Position numbers and translations under genes: made by a program | Notes under the pieces: generated by a model | What the model was told of the DNA's origin: nothing | Databases searched by the model: none | The model's input: only the letters and a program-made list of their open reading frames with translations | In this document: positions 1-12,555 of the stretch, piece by piece | Layout: each line of letters opens with the position of its first letter | Position numbering within the stretch: position 1 is the first letter of the stretch | Assembly (NCBI GenBank): GCA_964016885.1 | Contig: OZ024742.1 | Location: 353,834,001 to 353,898,000 of the forward strand | Length of the DNA stretch: 64,000 nt | Direction: 5' to 3' | Origin: Eledone cirrhosa | Lineage: Eukaryota

Positions 1-1541
1 TATATATATATATAGATAGATAGAGAGAGCGAGAGAGAAAAAGAGAGAGAGTTAGTTTCTAACATAGACAATATACACTTTCTTAGAAATTTAGACATCA
101 GCTTGTGTTCAGGCAACGATGGGTATTTTTGTGTGTGACCGTGTTCGGGTGTGTATCGGTGTGTGTTTGAATCTCCATGCTGGTGTTAGTTTGTAAACTT
201 GTGTGTGTAAGTTTTGTGTATGGTTTGGCGCATATAGTGTTAATGCATTGTAGGAAATATTGAACTCGATGAGAGAGGGAGTAGTTGGACGTGGGCTGGA
301 AGGATAGTTGTGTAATTGACAGGAAGATCGTGTGAGTGATCCTTGAAGGTGTTTTAATAGCGAAAGATAACATAAATCTTAACCAAAATGTTTGAGATAA
401 TTTGATGTGCTCTGGTCATTCTAGCGATATTTCGATACTGTTAACTTTCGCGTCGAGTGCAAGAAATGGGTCAAAGTAATTATCATTTCGTGACATTCCT
501 TGTCTTTGACATCATTCTCGTTATCTTGTTTAATTATAATGGAAATTAATACCCTCATCATAATCAACATTATTAACCACTCGTTAATCTTGATATCATT
601 ATCATAATCATTACCATGTTGATGATGGAATATTGGTCATCAAACGCAGCAAGTCGGCATCATTGACGTTCCCAACATTACAGACTAATGATTTATCAAC
701 ACCCCCCGCTTTAATTAATACCAACCGAAGCTGACATCTTGAGACACTCTACTATCTTATGATGACTGTCATGAATATCGTCGTCATTGTCATCATCATC
801 AACAACATCATCATCATTTGTCAGCATCAACATCAGAACACATCACCATTATCACCACCACCACCTACATCATCATCATCAATATCATCAATATAATCCA
901 AAGATATGAAATATATTGAGGCAATATATTATTCAGTATGAACAGAAACAAAAGCAAGCGAGGATTCTCCGTCCCTCCCAATGATAAAAATTATTTTCGT
1001 CACCAATTAAAATATACCCATCAGAAGATTAACGTATAACAAGTTTTATATTCTACAGTGGCCTGCACTTACTTCCGTGTTCAAATTTTATAAGCTGAGC
1101 CAATACTAGTGACGTTATACCTTCCTTTAAAGTGGCTATACATAAATACTAGAATTGAAAGAAAAATGGCAGATAAATGAATCCTGGTAAGGAACTGAAT
1201 GTTAAGCAGATTTTATCTCGGTGATATTTGAACATATATATAATTCACAGAACGCCGGCAAAATATGCCATGATTCAATCTAGCCAACTCCTACATAAGC
1301 ACCACCTCAAGGTTTGACTATTAGTGATCAATTGATAACAACTCAATATTGCGTGTTAATACATAGCCAATCTGCGTTTCTCTATGTCATATTACATATA
1401 CGTTATATCAGTGACAGAATATCTGTATGATATAGTTAAGCCGTTACAATCGTCTGATTTCAAAATGTTATCGATTTAAATCTTCCGGAAATGCGGATTA
1501 TAAACCCAGAATTTTGACATTATTAGTAAATATCAACGGTG

Positions 1542-1756
1542 GATCGACTTTCGTCAAATCGGACCGAGGAAACGATGTTTCCATGGGTCTTTCCAGTTGT
1601 TAATATTATATATCGGTCGCCACTCCAGGTAGAAGGAGCAACGTGAAATAAAGTATCTTGCTCAAGGAGATAACGCATCACCCGGTCCGGAAATCGAAAT
1701 CACAACCTCACGATTGCGAATCCAATGCTCTTACCAATCAGCCACGCACCTTCACT
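1542..1756 (-). mobile_element. tRNA-derived SINE, family S1 (CORE-like)
   Basis: Minus strand starts GTGAAGGTGCGTGGCTGATTGGTAAGAG (A-box-like), has TTCGATTTCC (B-box-like) and CCTTGAGCAAGATACTTTATTTCAC (CORE-like). Collinear copy at 30012-30225. Confidence 0.8.
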
Positions 1757-2323
1757 TTAGTAAATATAACCGAAGTAAAAACATATTAGTGACCCTACTA
1801 CATGTGGTAACATAACATAGTTAGATTCTGTATCGAACATCAATGGAAATACATTGATTCTTTTAGACTGACCTCATCGAAAGACAAGTAAATAAGTTAA
1901 CACCGTTCTCAAAATATTTAACAATTGAATAATGATAATGAAGTAATTTAATGCAAGAAATATTTTGAATGTTATCACTGGTTTGTTCAATATCTGGCTT
2001 TTTTTTCAAGATTCTATACAAGAGAAATCTGACGAAACATTACATCATTTCAAGAACATTCTTTACGTAAATATAATGTTTTAGATAGACGTAATTCTTA
2101 CGACGAATATATATTAAAATATCATAATGTGTCTATTGAACAATATGTATATAAAACAAAACACATATTGAAGATATTTTCTGGCTGTCAAAATATACCA
2201 ACCAAAGTATAAGATGTCATTGATATATCTATAAACGCTTGATGTCTTTTTAAGTAAATGTAATCCTGTGTCAGACGAGCCATTCTTTACTCGTATAATA
2301 TAATTAAGGGTTTCATTTGTTTT

Positions 2324-2372
<49 letters not shown>

Positions 2373-2559
2373 GAAGAGAGAGAGAAAGTGAGAGAGAGAA
2401 AGAGAGAAACAGTTAGGGTTGCAAGAGAGAAAATTAAATTCAGTTAGCAACAATCATTCCATTTATTCAATATTTCTTTGTCAATAATTACGCGATCAAA
2501 TGTGAATGATTGACCGTATCGTTAGAATGTCAGACTTCATGTTTTATGACATAGAATGA

Positions 2560-2690
2560 CGACCCTTTAACTTCTGATTTCAAACCCCGTCGAGAATAGC
2601 TTTGTCTGTTTCTCCTTACGGAGTCATTGAATGAAATTACCAACGGTCACTGGGGTCGAATTTCCCTCCTTCAAAATTGATGAGCCAATG
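2560..2690 (+). mobile_element. Degenerate SINE family S2 fragment
   Basis: CTTCTGATTTCAAACCCCGTCGAG...CCTTACGGAGTC...ACTGGGGTCGA resembles the S2 copies elsewhere. Confidence 0.5.
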
Positions 2691-2759
2691 AGAAACTAAT
2701 ACTTACGGTCCATTGCCCCTAGTGACATGCAAAATGTTATCAATATCACATGACCCCGT

Positions 2760-2965
2760 GGCGGTGGAATGGCAGTATCTGTAGAGAGTTGGACACCATG
2801 TTTGCAGCATAACGTTACGCTCCTTTACAGTCTGAGTTCAAAATCCCGCCAAGGTTAATTTGCCTTTCATCCTTACTGGCTCGATAAAATGAAGTAACAG
2901 TCACGCATTGGAGTCCATTTAATCGATTTTTCCTTCCTCCCAGATTATTAGCCTTGTGCTTATCA
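2760..2965 (+). mobile_element. tRNA-derived SINE, family S2
   Basis: TGGCAGTATC A-box-like, GAGTTCAAAATCCCGCC B-box, central GCCTTTCATCCTTACTGGCTCGATAAAAT domain. At least six related copies in the window. Confidence 0.8.
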
Positions 2966-3126
2966 ATATGCTATAACATCATCCTTATTGATGAAATTAC
3001 ATCGTCCAGTGAGTGGTCGACAATCAAGATAATTTGCGTTGTTTGCTCGTACCACGCGTTCAGTATTTTCCGTGTGCATTACTTTCCTCGCTGCCCCTTT
3101 CTCTCTCCCTCTCTCTATTTATTTCC

Positions 3127-3217
<91 letters not shown>

Positions 3218-3604
3218 AACAAATTATAAACGTAAACATGTAAGTATGTTTTTTGAAACGGTGCGCGAGTTTGAAATTTAAAATTAGAAATTATAAACTT
3301 TCACCGTATTTTAGACTAAAGAAATTTCTAGCCTGATAGTGGGGTTTATAACCCTCGGATAAATGGAAAAAGATGAGTGTTGCCGTACATGGGAGTCGAA
3401 CTCACATCTTTGGTTATCCAGTAGCTGTTGTCACTGGTGGGCAGGATGGTGTTGGTATTGGTGGGTGGGATGGTGTTGGTGCTGGTCTGCTGGATGAACA
3501 TTCGAATTTCAGAGGCAATTTGTCGATAGAGTTTATGATAAGATTGCTTCGAAAATTGCTGATCAAATCGATCCTACTTGAATAGGTGAAATTATAATGT
3601 AGCT

Positions 3605-3985
3605 GATATTGCTAGTGGATATATCAATGATGATTGTGATTATGGTGGTAAATATAATTATGCTGCTAATGATGATGATGATGATGATGAACATGGCGAT
3701 GTTTAAGATAATGATGATGATGATAATGATGATGATGGTGATCTTGACGTTGGTGATTATTCTAATGATGACGATGACGATTATGGTGACGATCAAGACG
3801 ATGATTAGTGTTTTTGCTCGTGGTTATATTGACGATGATTCTAATTATGATGACTACTATTATGATGATTACTATTATGCCGATCTTTATGATGAGGATG
3901 ATGAGGTTTATGATGACGATCGTGATGGTGGTGATGATTATGATGATGACGATGACGATTTTGATGATGATGAAGATGATTAGTT
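3605..3985 (+). repeat. Degenerate (GAT)n microsatellite
   Basis: Runs of GATGATGAT. It explains the poly-M/poly-D ORFs. Confidence 0.9.
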
Positions 3986-5454
3986 TTATTGTATTAAAAT
4001 AGCCAAAAATGAGATAAAAGAGTTGTGGGAAAGAGATCAGATGTAATTGTTTCCTCGACAGAAATGTTAGAACGTAGAGACATGTGTAAGGAGGCAACGC
4101 TTCAATGTAAATTCTCCTTCTAACAGAGACCAGCACGATAAGATTATATCTACAAAACAATAAAAAGAAATATAATATAATAACAATGGCAGCAACAAGA
4201 AATCGATGACAAAACAGTGATAAAGGAAAAGAGAATGCCTGTCTTTAATCTAAAAGAGAATCGGCTTTATTCTCTTCAATTGTTGGTAATTTTGATTACA
4301 AAATAGATATTTCTTCCTAATCTTTCTTGCGTTTTAAATATGTCTTCATTTGTATTCTTGCATTTATTTTTATTTTATTTTTCAAGGAAAACTATTACTT
4401 GAGAAGAAAATAAAATATCTTTCATATTTAGAAATTTTGAAATCAAAATAATATCCCAAATATTTCAATAAAAACTTAGAAAATATTATCATCATTGTTG
4501 TTTTTGTTGTTCTTGTTGTTGTTAATGATGTTGATGTTGTTGTTATTGTTATTACTATTATCATCAATTCATCGTCTCATGCCTGTTTCAAATGTACAAC
4601 CTGGTTCATCTCCGTGTTCCTGCAGAGTGTATATCATTACGTACTTATTTGTGCGGTGTTTGATTCAAAATATTCCCCTACCTCAATATTGTTTTGTTAT
4701 GAAGTTGATACTGTATATTCCACGTTATTTTAAACTTTAATCTGTTCTGTACGACGATGCGTCTAATATGTTGTTTTAGACTCTATTAATCTTGAAGAGT
4801 ATATTTTGCGTGAGTTGTGGTGTTTTATTTCAACAGGTGTTTAATTTATAGACGGTGTGTTGTGTGTGAACATTCTTTTTTCTGTTTTATCCGTGCTATC
4901 AAATCGATAATATTTCTCACGGGTTATTTACTCACGTTATGTTTTAGAGAGCGATATTCTATTTTTTTAGAAATTAGGACCCCAGGCATGTCCAATATGT
5001 TTTACACATATATTTTTCTCATGCATTTTGTTCCAATTAATTTTGACACAAATTTTATCTTCATACACCACAACCAATGTGTCTCAAATTCAATACCCTC
5101 TCATGATCAGTTTAAATCATGTTTTCTCATAATTTAGTTTGACCAGGAATCACACTCATACTATTATACAGCGTTTGTTTTAATCTGGAGTTCCTCGGTC
5201 ATTGTTCAGTTTTAAGTTACGATTATTATTCTTTATCCAGCATCGCATCTTATTAACTGTGCAGTTGTTTTCTCTCCATTTCCATTTAGTGTGTTCGTAA
5301 GTTCATATTTATAATGTCTTTTATCTAATTAACCATTTCTGTTTTCTGTATTCTTTCAACAGAGCTAGCTTCTCTATTTAATTTAATATTTTTTAGCATA
5401 TAAACCGGCCATATTCGGCCATGATTGGCTCGCCTCTTTCTGTTCAAACCAGCC

Positions 5455-5523
5455 ATAGCTTTATTTTATCGACCCCGTAAGGATGAAAGGCAAAGTTAAT
5501 CCCGGCGGGATTTGAACTCAGAT
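5455..5523 (-). mobile_element. SINE S2 fragment
   Basis: Reverse complement of GAGTTCAAATCCCGCC...GCCTTTCATCCTTACGGGGTCGATAAAATAAA. Confidence 0.75.
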
Positions 5524-8094
5524 ATAATATCAACATGTTATAGATTTGATATTTTGTGAGATAATTATGTGAGATAAAGCCTTTACTGCGAAAATACAAT
5601 AGAATATATGAAGTAATACAAATGCTAAAGAGTTAAGTGTCTTTAGTACATCTATGACACATGATTTATTCGTTGCTAAGTAGTTCTGGCTAACATGTGT
5701 TGCTAGTTTGTGGTAATGTATATATGTGACCACACTCCCTTTTCTCCTATTCTACCTTTGTTTGGTTTCCAGTGGGGGCTTCGATGAGCAGCCACTTGCT
5801 TCCTGGATATTCTGCTTAAGATTAACAATTGTTCAATGAGAAATAACCGTACATATTGCAGAATAAAACTGATGTTTAAAGATGTAAGATATTATAAGCA
5901 ATCAATATATTGCATTATATTTCTGGGAGAATCATTTATGAATGTTACCTCTCCAAAAGTTTCAACTATTGTTCAATAAGAGAACGGTACTCTCACAGGC
6001 GTACCATGCTGGGTTAAATGATTTAAATCACGTGGTTCGAAACTAGCTGAACCTGACTAAAATTAATCAAGTTGTGATGACTTCTGTAACGTATTCTTTG
6101 TATTTTCTCTATATCAAATAATTGTGTTTTATATATGCTAATGTTTTTCTGAAGACTGATAGCAGGCTTTCAGTCTTACCACAAAGAGAGTTTGCGGTAA
6201 CACAAGAAAATCTTCCGCTGGACACCAATATCAATGATGCAGTAAACATCGCGTCTGATTGGTAACCGTTGCATGATAGATTGGAGGCTCACAATTTTTC
6301 ATGGTCTACAATTTACGAGTTATGGGTCGAACCTGTTGACAAAAATAATTTTCTTTCAAAATAGAATCAGTAGAAACAGCTGAGAGAATTGTCACGCATT
6401 TAGTTATGTCACTCTATATTATGTTAAGCTACTGCGGCATTCATCACTTTCTTTCATTGTTTTCCCTTTTGTATTCAGTAAAGTAATATATAATTAGCCT
6501 ATTTATATTTAGAGATTATCATATATTATCAAGGTTTCTAGTGTGTGACAGAAAAGAGAGACACACAATTTTGATAAAGAAAAATAACCTAGAATCAATA
6601 GTATTGTCGATTTTCTCTCTGCCACTAGCATAAAAAAAGGACGATTGTCGTCTAAAAGCGTTTTCAAGCTTTTTCCTTGCATACGAATCGAATATTATTA
6701 TTATTCAATATAAAACGCGCAAATAAAGTATACCATTCATATACTGGAGTGTATAAGTATATAACACTTCCCAACTGTTTCAACTTTTAGCTATGATTTA
6801 TTTCATCCTTTTGATTTATGTATTACAATCCCGCTGGAAAGCCTTACTATAAAGAACATTGCTTGTTGTTTATTGTCTCAGAGCTTGAAATAATATATCA
6901 CAAGGACTCAAAATTCCACAAGTTATTTTGTAACTCAGTCTAGACTGGTATGTTTCACCTTATATAGTTTCAGTTTCTGAGAACAATACATATGGACATG
7001 AAGTAGAATTTAAAATTATAATTTGTTGCATTATGATTTATAAAAGATAGCCAGTCACATCTAATATAACAAGAATAAAATATTCTAGATAAAATTAGAA
7101 ACATACTATTCCTTGCTGGTATAAAGACAAATTTAATTTCTTCAGACAAGACATTCTAATTTCGTTTCCTCTTAAAAATAATAACAGCAATAATATCAAC
7201 ATAGAAAATGACATGCTATGAGAAAGGTTACATTAACAAAGTTGCCAGCACTTCTCTAAAAGCAGGGTATACTCGATGTGATGAACAATGCAATGATCAG
7301 ATGTAACAATTATTGAAAATCTTTAGATATTGTAAATCGACATATCTGACATGATGTATTAGAATTAATCGATAATGTATTCGTGATTATCGTTCAGTAC
7401 TATCAAAACGTTCAACATGTACGGCAATGACCATCAATCAGACAGTTTTGTCCTCGAAGAAATAGTTTAGCAAAAGTTGGTTTCCATTTATTTCAATAAG
7501 AGCGCAGACATTGTCTGGTGGAGTAAAGACACAACAGGCGGGCGCTCTCATACCGATATTAGATTCCACTTGAAGAGAGACCATGAAAGAAATATTTTAA
7601 AGATTTTCAAATGAACTATGTTACTTTCAACACTCTGTCTCCATATTCATTGCTTGACCCACACATACATGCACACACACACACACACATACATATACAT
7701 ACACACATACACACGCACACATACATACATACACACACACACAAATATGTATATATATATATGTTTGTGTAAGTGTGTGTGAGTATTCACACTAGACGGT
7801 AGAGACATATTCAGACAAATATGTCAATACATACACACTGGCACATAAATGTATTGGGTTGTAATATACATCCCCCCGTTTCTTTTATGAAGAAGTTGTA
7901 TAACAACTGCGGGAATTTATGTTACGACCCAATATATCAGGACATATATGTGGGCAAGTGTGAAGACGTATGGAAACGTTAATGAAATAAACGTCTATTA
8001 CCACTGCATTTCACTCCTCATTTTCTATCGTTTAACTTGGGCTGCTATTTTGCTGTGCCCAAATATCACCAGGAGCGAACATTTATGGGTAGTG

Positions 8095-8189
<95 letters not shown>

Positions 8190-8251
8190 CATGTATGTAT
8201 ATATATACATACTACTGTACGTCTGTATACATATAGGTATGTACGTATACA

Positions 8252-8296
<45 letters not shown>

Positions 8297-8444
8297 ATAC
8301 TTTGGGAGGGTCATGTTGCCAATAAGAAACACACGCACCAGTTGCTTTCACTTCAATTTATTATAATAAATTTATAATAAATTTATAAATTTATAAATTT
8401 CTGGTTGGTTGGTTGGTTCCACAACCAGATAGTTGTTTATATAT

Positions 8445-8488
8445 TGTCATAGTTCTTTCGTCACACACTATCTGAGCTCTTCAGGGAC
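8445..8488 (-). ncRNA. Minimal hammerhead motif, family A (inverted pLTR)
   Basis: Minus strand GTCC-CTGAAGA-GCTCAGATAGTGTGTGAC-GAAA-GAAC-TA-TGAC. Stem II partly decayed. Confidence 0.65.
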
Positions 8489-10267
8489 TGGGGATTCCTT
8501 TCTTTGTTTCTGTGCCTCTCCTTTGTTCTATCCTACGCCATTTTCTTTCTGTGTGTGTGGTGTGTGCTAAGTTTGCGCATGCGCCACATCCGGGTGTCTG
8601 TGTGTGTTTATGTTCATTTATTTATTTGTTTATTTGTTCAATTATTTATTTGTTTATTTACATGTTACCTAATACAAGAAAAAGCTAGGATCACCACACC
8701 AAGAGAGACACTAATATTTATAAGCCTTATACGTCCTGAAGAACAGTACATTACTCAAGAATGTGATAAACACTTTAACAAGAAACTAAAGTGGCTTAAG
8801 CAGATAAAGCTAAATCAGGATACTATAGAGAATACCAATAGATATCCCTAAAAAATTGACGGTATAAATATGGCCGACACCTCATTAACAGATGAGTTCA
8901 ACAACAACAACAACACACATATATACGGCAACACAGTAATAAATGACGATGAGTTATCTGTATTATGTTTACCCCCGAAATTTGCGACATTCAAGAAGGT
9001 AAATATGATTAGTTGTCTGTCAGAAATAGAAAAATCATTTACAAAACTACGCTGGAGCGTCAAAAACAAAAAAAAAGCAACAATATACGCACACACATAT
9101 ACAACAAACATCCCAACAACTACAGACTCACAGACACAAACAACAATAACAACACACACACCAACAACAGCAACAATAATAACATACCCAGAAACAACAA
9201 CAACAGACACGCAGACACAAATAACAATAACAACACACACAACAATAATAACACACACAGAGACAACAACAACACATATCAACAACAGCACACATCAACA
9301 ACAACAACACACACACATTCAATGCCTCTCACCACCACCACAATCTTAACAAACACACAGACACAGAAAACAAGTAATGACAGTAGCACAGAAATCACAG
9401 AAATAAGGGAAAGTAATAGGATTAAAAGGAGAAGGTAGACTAAGGACAAAGAAAATAACCAAGACGAACACACAGACACACAAAATAGGGTAGATAACAA
9501 CGATGAGCCAGTGGAAAGAGACAGGAGTAATTATGAGAGACATAGTAACAACCATGAGGCTGTTGGTCGAAATAGAAATAGAAACAACACAACTAACAAT
9601 AACAATAACACTAGTACACATAAAGCAGCAGCATGGAATTCTACTTTTTATAATCCCTCCGATAAATCGTTCCACCTGCGACGAGTCCACGCCACAACTT
9701 TACCATTTAACAAACGCACGCAATTGCCGTCGCAGGTCGATGAACAAACATAAGCACAATTTAGTATAGCTAGATCCGAACTTAGAAATATTATAGAACA
9801 GTATAGCAAGAAGCATAATAGAATTGAGGCCCAGCAACTGGGAGAAAAATCTGCAAATGGTTTACGTAAGCTCATGCAGCGTTCGCGTAATGGAGAGATA
9901 GCATGCTTTCCAACAGACAAGTCTGGCAGAATGTCAGTTGACAGCCTGCCAAACTACATCCAGGCAATGCAACCCCACATTACTAACACAAGAGAGGTAA
10001 CACCACAGGAGCATGAGGATAGAGAAAAAGCCCCCTCAATGTCCATATGGTGATGTGGACGAATATAATGCAGCCCAAGAAAAGGACTGCCAACAACTTC
10101 CAGGTCTGGAACAATGACGTGCCTGCGTTGTATGGGATTCGAAAGACCATAAAACGGGCAGTGACCCTGTCGCGGGACCACCAACACGGCCAGTCTGTGG
10201 AGCTAACATTGCTAGTAACTACAGACTGTCCTACTTCCTCTCCCTGATCATACGCCCCATCATTGAA

Positions 10268-11239
10268 ATGTCCCCAGATGTGTGTGACAGCACGGAGGAC
10301 CTCCTCAGCAGAATCGGCGTGAGTAACCGATCTAGGGACCTAACAAACTGCATAATAGGTAGTATGGATGTTGTGTCCCTGTATCCATCTATTGACGTGG
10401 ATTTTGCTGTGGAGAAATGCTTAGAAATGATCAGTGAGAGCAATGTTGAGTTCCATGGGATTGATACCAGTGAGCTGCGACTCCTACTTAAACTTACCTA
10501 TAGTAATAATTACCTAGACACATATGACCTTAGCAACCTGTGCCCTACAAGACCAGCAAGAGGCAGACCACCTACCATTACCTCAATGGCCAAGAAAGCC
10601 CACACAGATAGATGGAACGGGTGGACCAGAGCCATACGGACACCCGAAAACTACGATGAACTGAAGAAAATGATTGCACATGCGGTAGGGGCCAGCATAA
10701 AACTAACCCTTAAGGAACATATGTTCACATTTAATGGAAAAACATATGCCCAAGAGGAAGGAGCAGCCATTGGTTTTAGCATTGCATGCGACATAGCTAA
10801 CTTATTCATGGTATGGTGGGACAGTAGACTTAAACTTAAACTTAAAGAACAATTAGAAGACCCCTTAACCCTGATAATGAACTCTCGCTGCGTTGATGAT
10901 ATAAACATCGTAGTTAAGACACCCCCACTAGAGGACAGTCAGGAACTAGAGAAAAGCACAATGGAAAGCATCCAGCAAATAGCTAACTCCATCCACCAGA
11001 GCATTAGAGTTACTATAGACTACCCACGTAAACACCCCAACCATCGATTACCTGTACTAGACACAGAGCTCTGGTTAGATACCATTAATAACAAAAAACA
11101 AATCCTCCATTCCCATTATGCCAAACCCATGACTTCCAAACTTCTGATCCACCGAAACTCGGCCGTTTCGGACCATACCAAAATCAACATATTGATTGCG
11201 GATTTGGTACGGGTGATGAGAAACGTGTCCCGCATGTGA
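10268..11239 (+). pseudogene. PLE reverse transcriptase, largest open segment of a disrupted ORF
   Basis: 323-aa ORF with RT motifs and thumb (LPVLDTELW...HYAKP). Stops and frameshifts on both sides. Confidence 0.9.
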
Positions 11240-12219
11240 AACCCCGAAGAACTAGAGAGACACATACAACACTTTATCCACCTTATGCAGTTCTCTGGCT
11301 ACAATCAGAGAGATAAAATCAGAGTGTATAGAGGAGCCAGAACCAAATGGGAAAAAATGGTAGATAATGACATAAATGGGCCCTGCCCCTTGTATAGGAG
11401 CACATTTTGGAGTAGAATATAAAGAACTAGGAACAAGGCTAATAGAATAAAATCATGTTATGATAGCAATACATACGAGAGTGTAATGTTCATCGACACA
11501 ACACCTATAGGTGAATTTGATTACAAATTTAGAAGGGCCCTAAATAAACATAAACTCAATATTAAGATAGTAGAAAGACCAGGTATCTCCGCAAAAACAC
11601 TTATTAGCAAGACATACCCTTCCAATGACCCATATTTATAGATAAGAAATGTATAAGCTGTAAAATAAGCCCCCATATTAACTGTAAATCTAGAAATGTA
11701 GTGTATAGCATAAGATGTACTGAAGGACAATGTAGAGACACAAATATAGTGTACATAGGTGAGACAGATCGTAGTGTAGGGGAACGGATAAATGGACACT
11801 GGCGAGACCTTCAAGAAAGTAAACAATCATCTGTACTCTACCAACATGCTAAAATAGAACACAAGGGTAAATTAGAGAACATAGAAATAAAAATAGAATC
11901 TACACACAGAAAAGACGCAATGTTTAGACAAATTACAGAGGCAATAAACATAAAAGAATTACAACCGAATTTAAATAGAAAATATGAGTGGAACAGCAAC
12001 ATCACAACTTATAATTAAGGACAAAATGAAAACACACACACACATAGAACAAACAACCAACCAGTAACATGTAAATAAACAAATAAATAAATGAACATAA
12101 ACACACACAGACAACCGGATGTGGCGCATGCGCAGACTGAGCAAACAACACACACACAGAAACAAAATGGCGTAGGACAGAACAAAGGAGAGGCACAGAA
12201 TCAAAGAAAGGAATCCCCA

Positions 12220-12262
12220 GTCACTGAAGAGGTCACAGAGTGTGTGACGAACGAACTATGAG
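12220..12262 (+). ncRNA. Minimal hammerhead motif, family A (3' pLTR)
   Basis: GTCA-CTGAAGA-G-GTCACA-GAGTG-TGTGAC-GAAC-GAAC-TA-TGA. GAAA is mutated to GAAC in this copy. Confidence 0.7.
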
Positions 12263-12488
12263 AATATATAAACATCTATCTGGTTGTGGAACCAACCAAT
12301 CAACCAACCAGAAATTTATAAAGTTATAAATTTATTATAAATTTATTTTAATAAATTGAAGTGAATGCAGCTGGTGCGTGTGTTTCTTATTGGCAACATG
12401 ACCCTCCCAAAGTATAACAATATCGGTTTCAACACACGATTTCAGATAAAGAATCTTGCTAAAAAAATTCAGAAACGAAATATCTATA

Positions 12489-12555
<67 letters not shown>

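Larger units (their letters stand above)
8291..12484 (+). mobile_element. Penelope-like retroelement A (RT + GIY-YIG), decayed, with inverted 5' pLTR and 3' tail
   Basis: RT motifs GSMDVVSLYPSI, EGAAIG, SRCVDD. GIY-YIG VYSIRC...YIGET at 11701-12018. 8291-8668 is the reverse complement of about 12064-12421. Tail 12422-12484. Flanked by (TA)n. Confidence 0.93.

Noticed and set aside
98-480. Minus-strand ORF as a LINE C-terminal fragment or host exon
   Set aside because: No recognisable motif.
3370-3435. tRNA gene on the minus strand (GTTCGACTC B-box)
   Set aside because: No complete cloverleaf. It is more likely a decayed SINE head.
11237-11239. TGA at a position that is Cys (TGC) in family B, as a possible selenocysteine as in Naiad PLEs
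   Set aside because: Single decayed copy with many other stops, no SECIS recognised, and the endonuclease is C-terminal, unlike Naiads.
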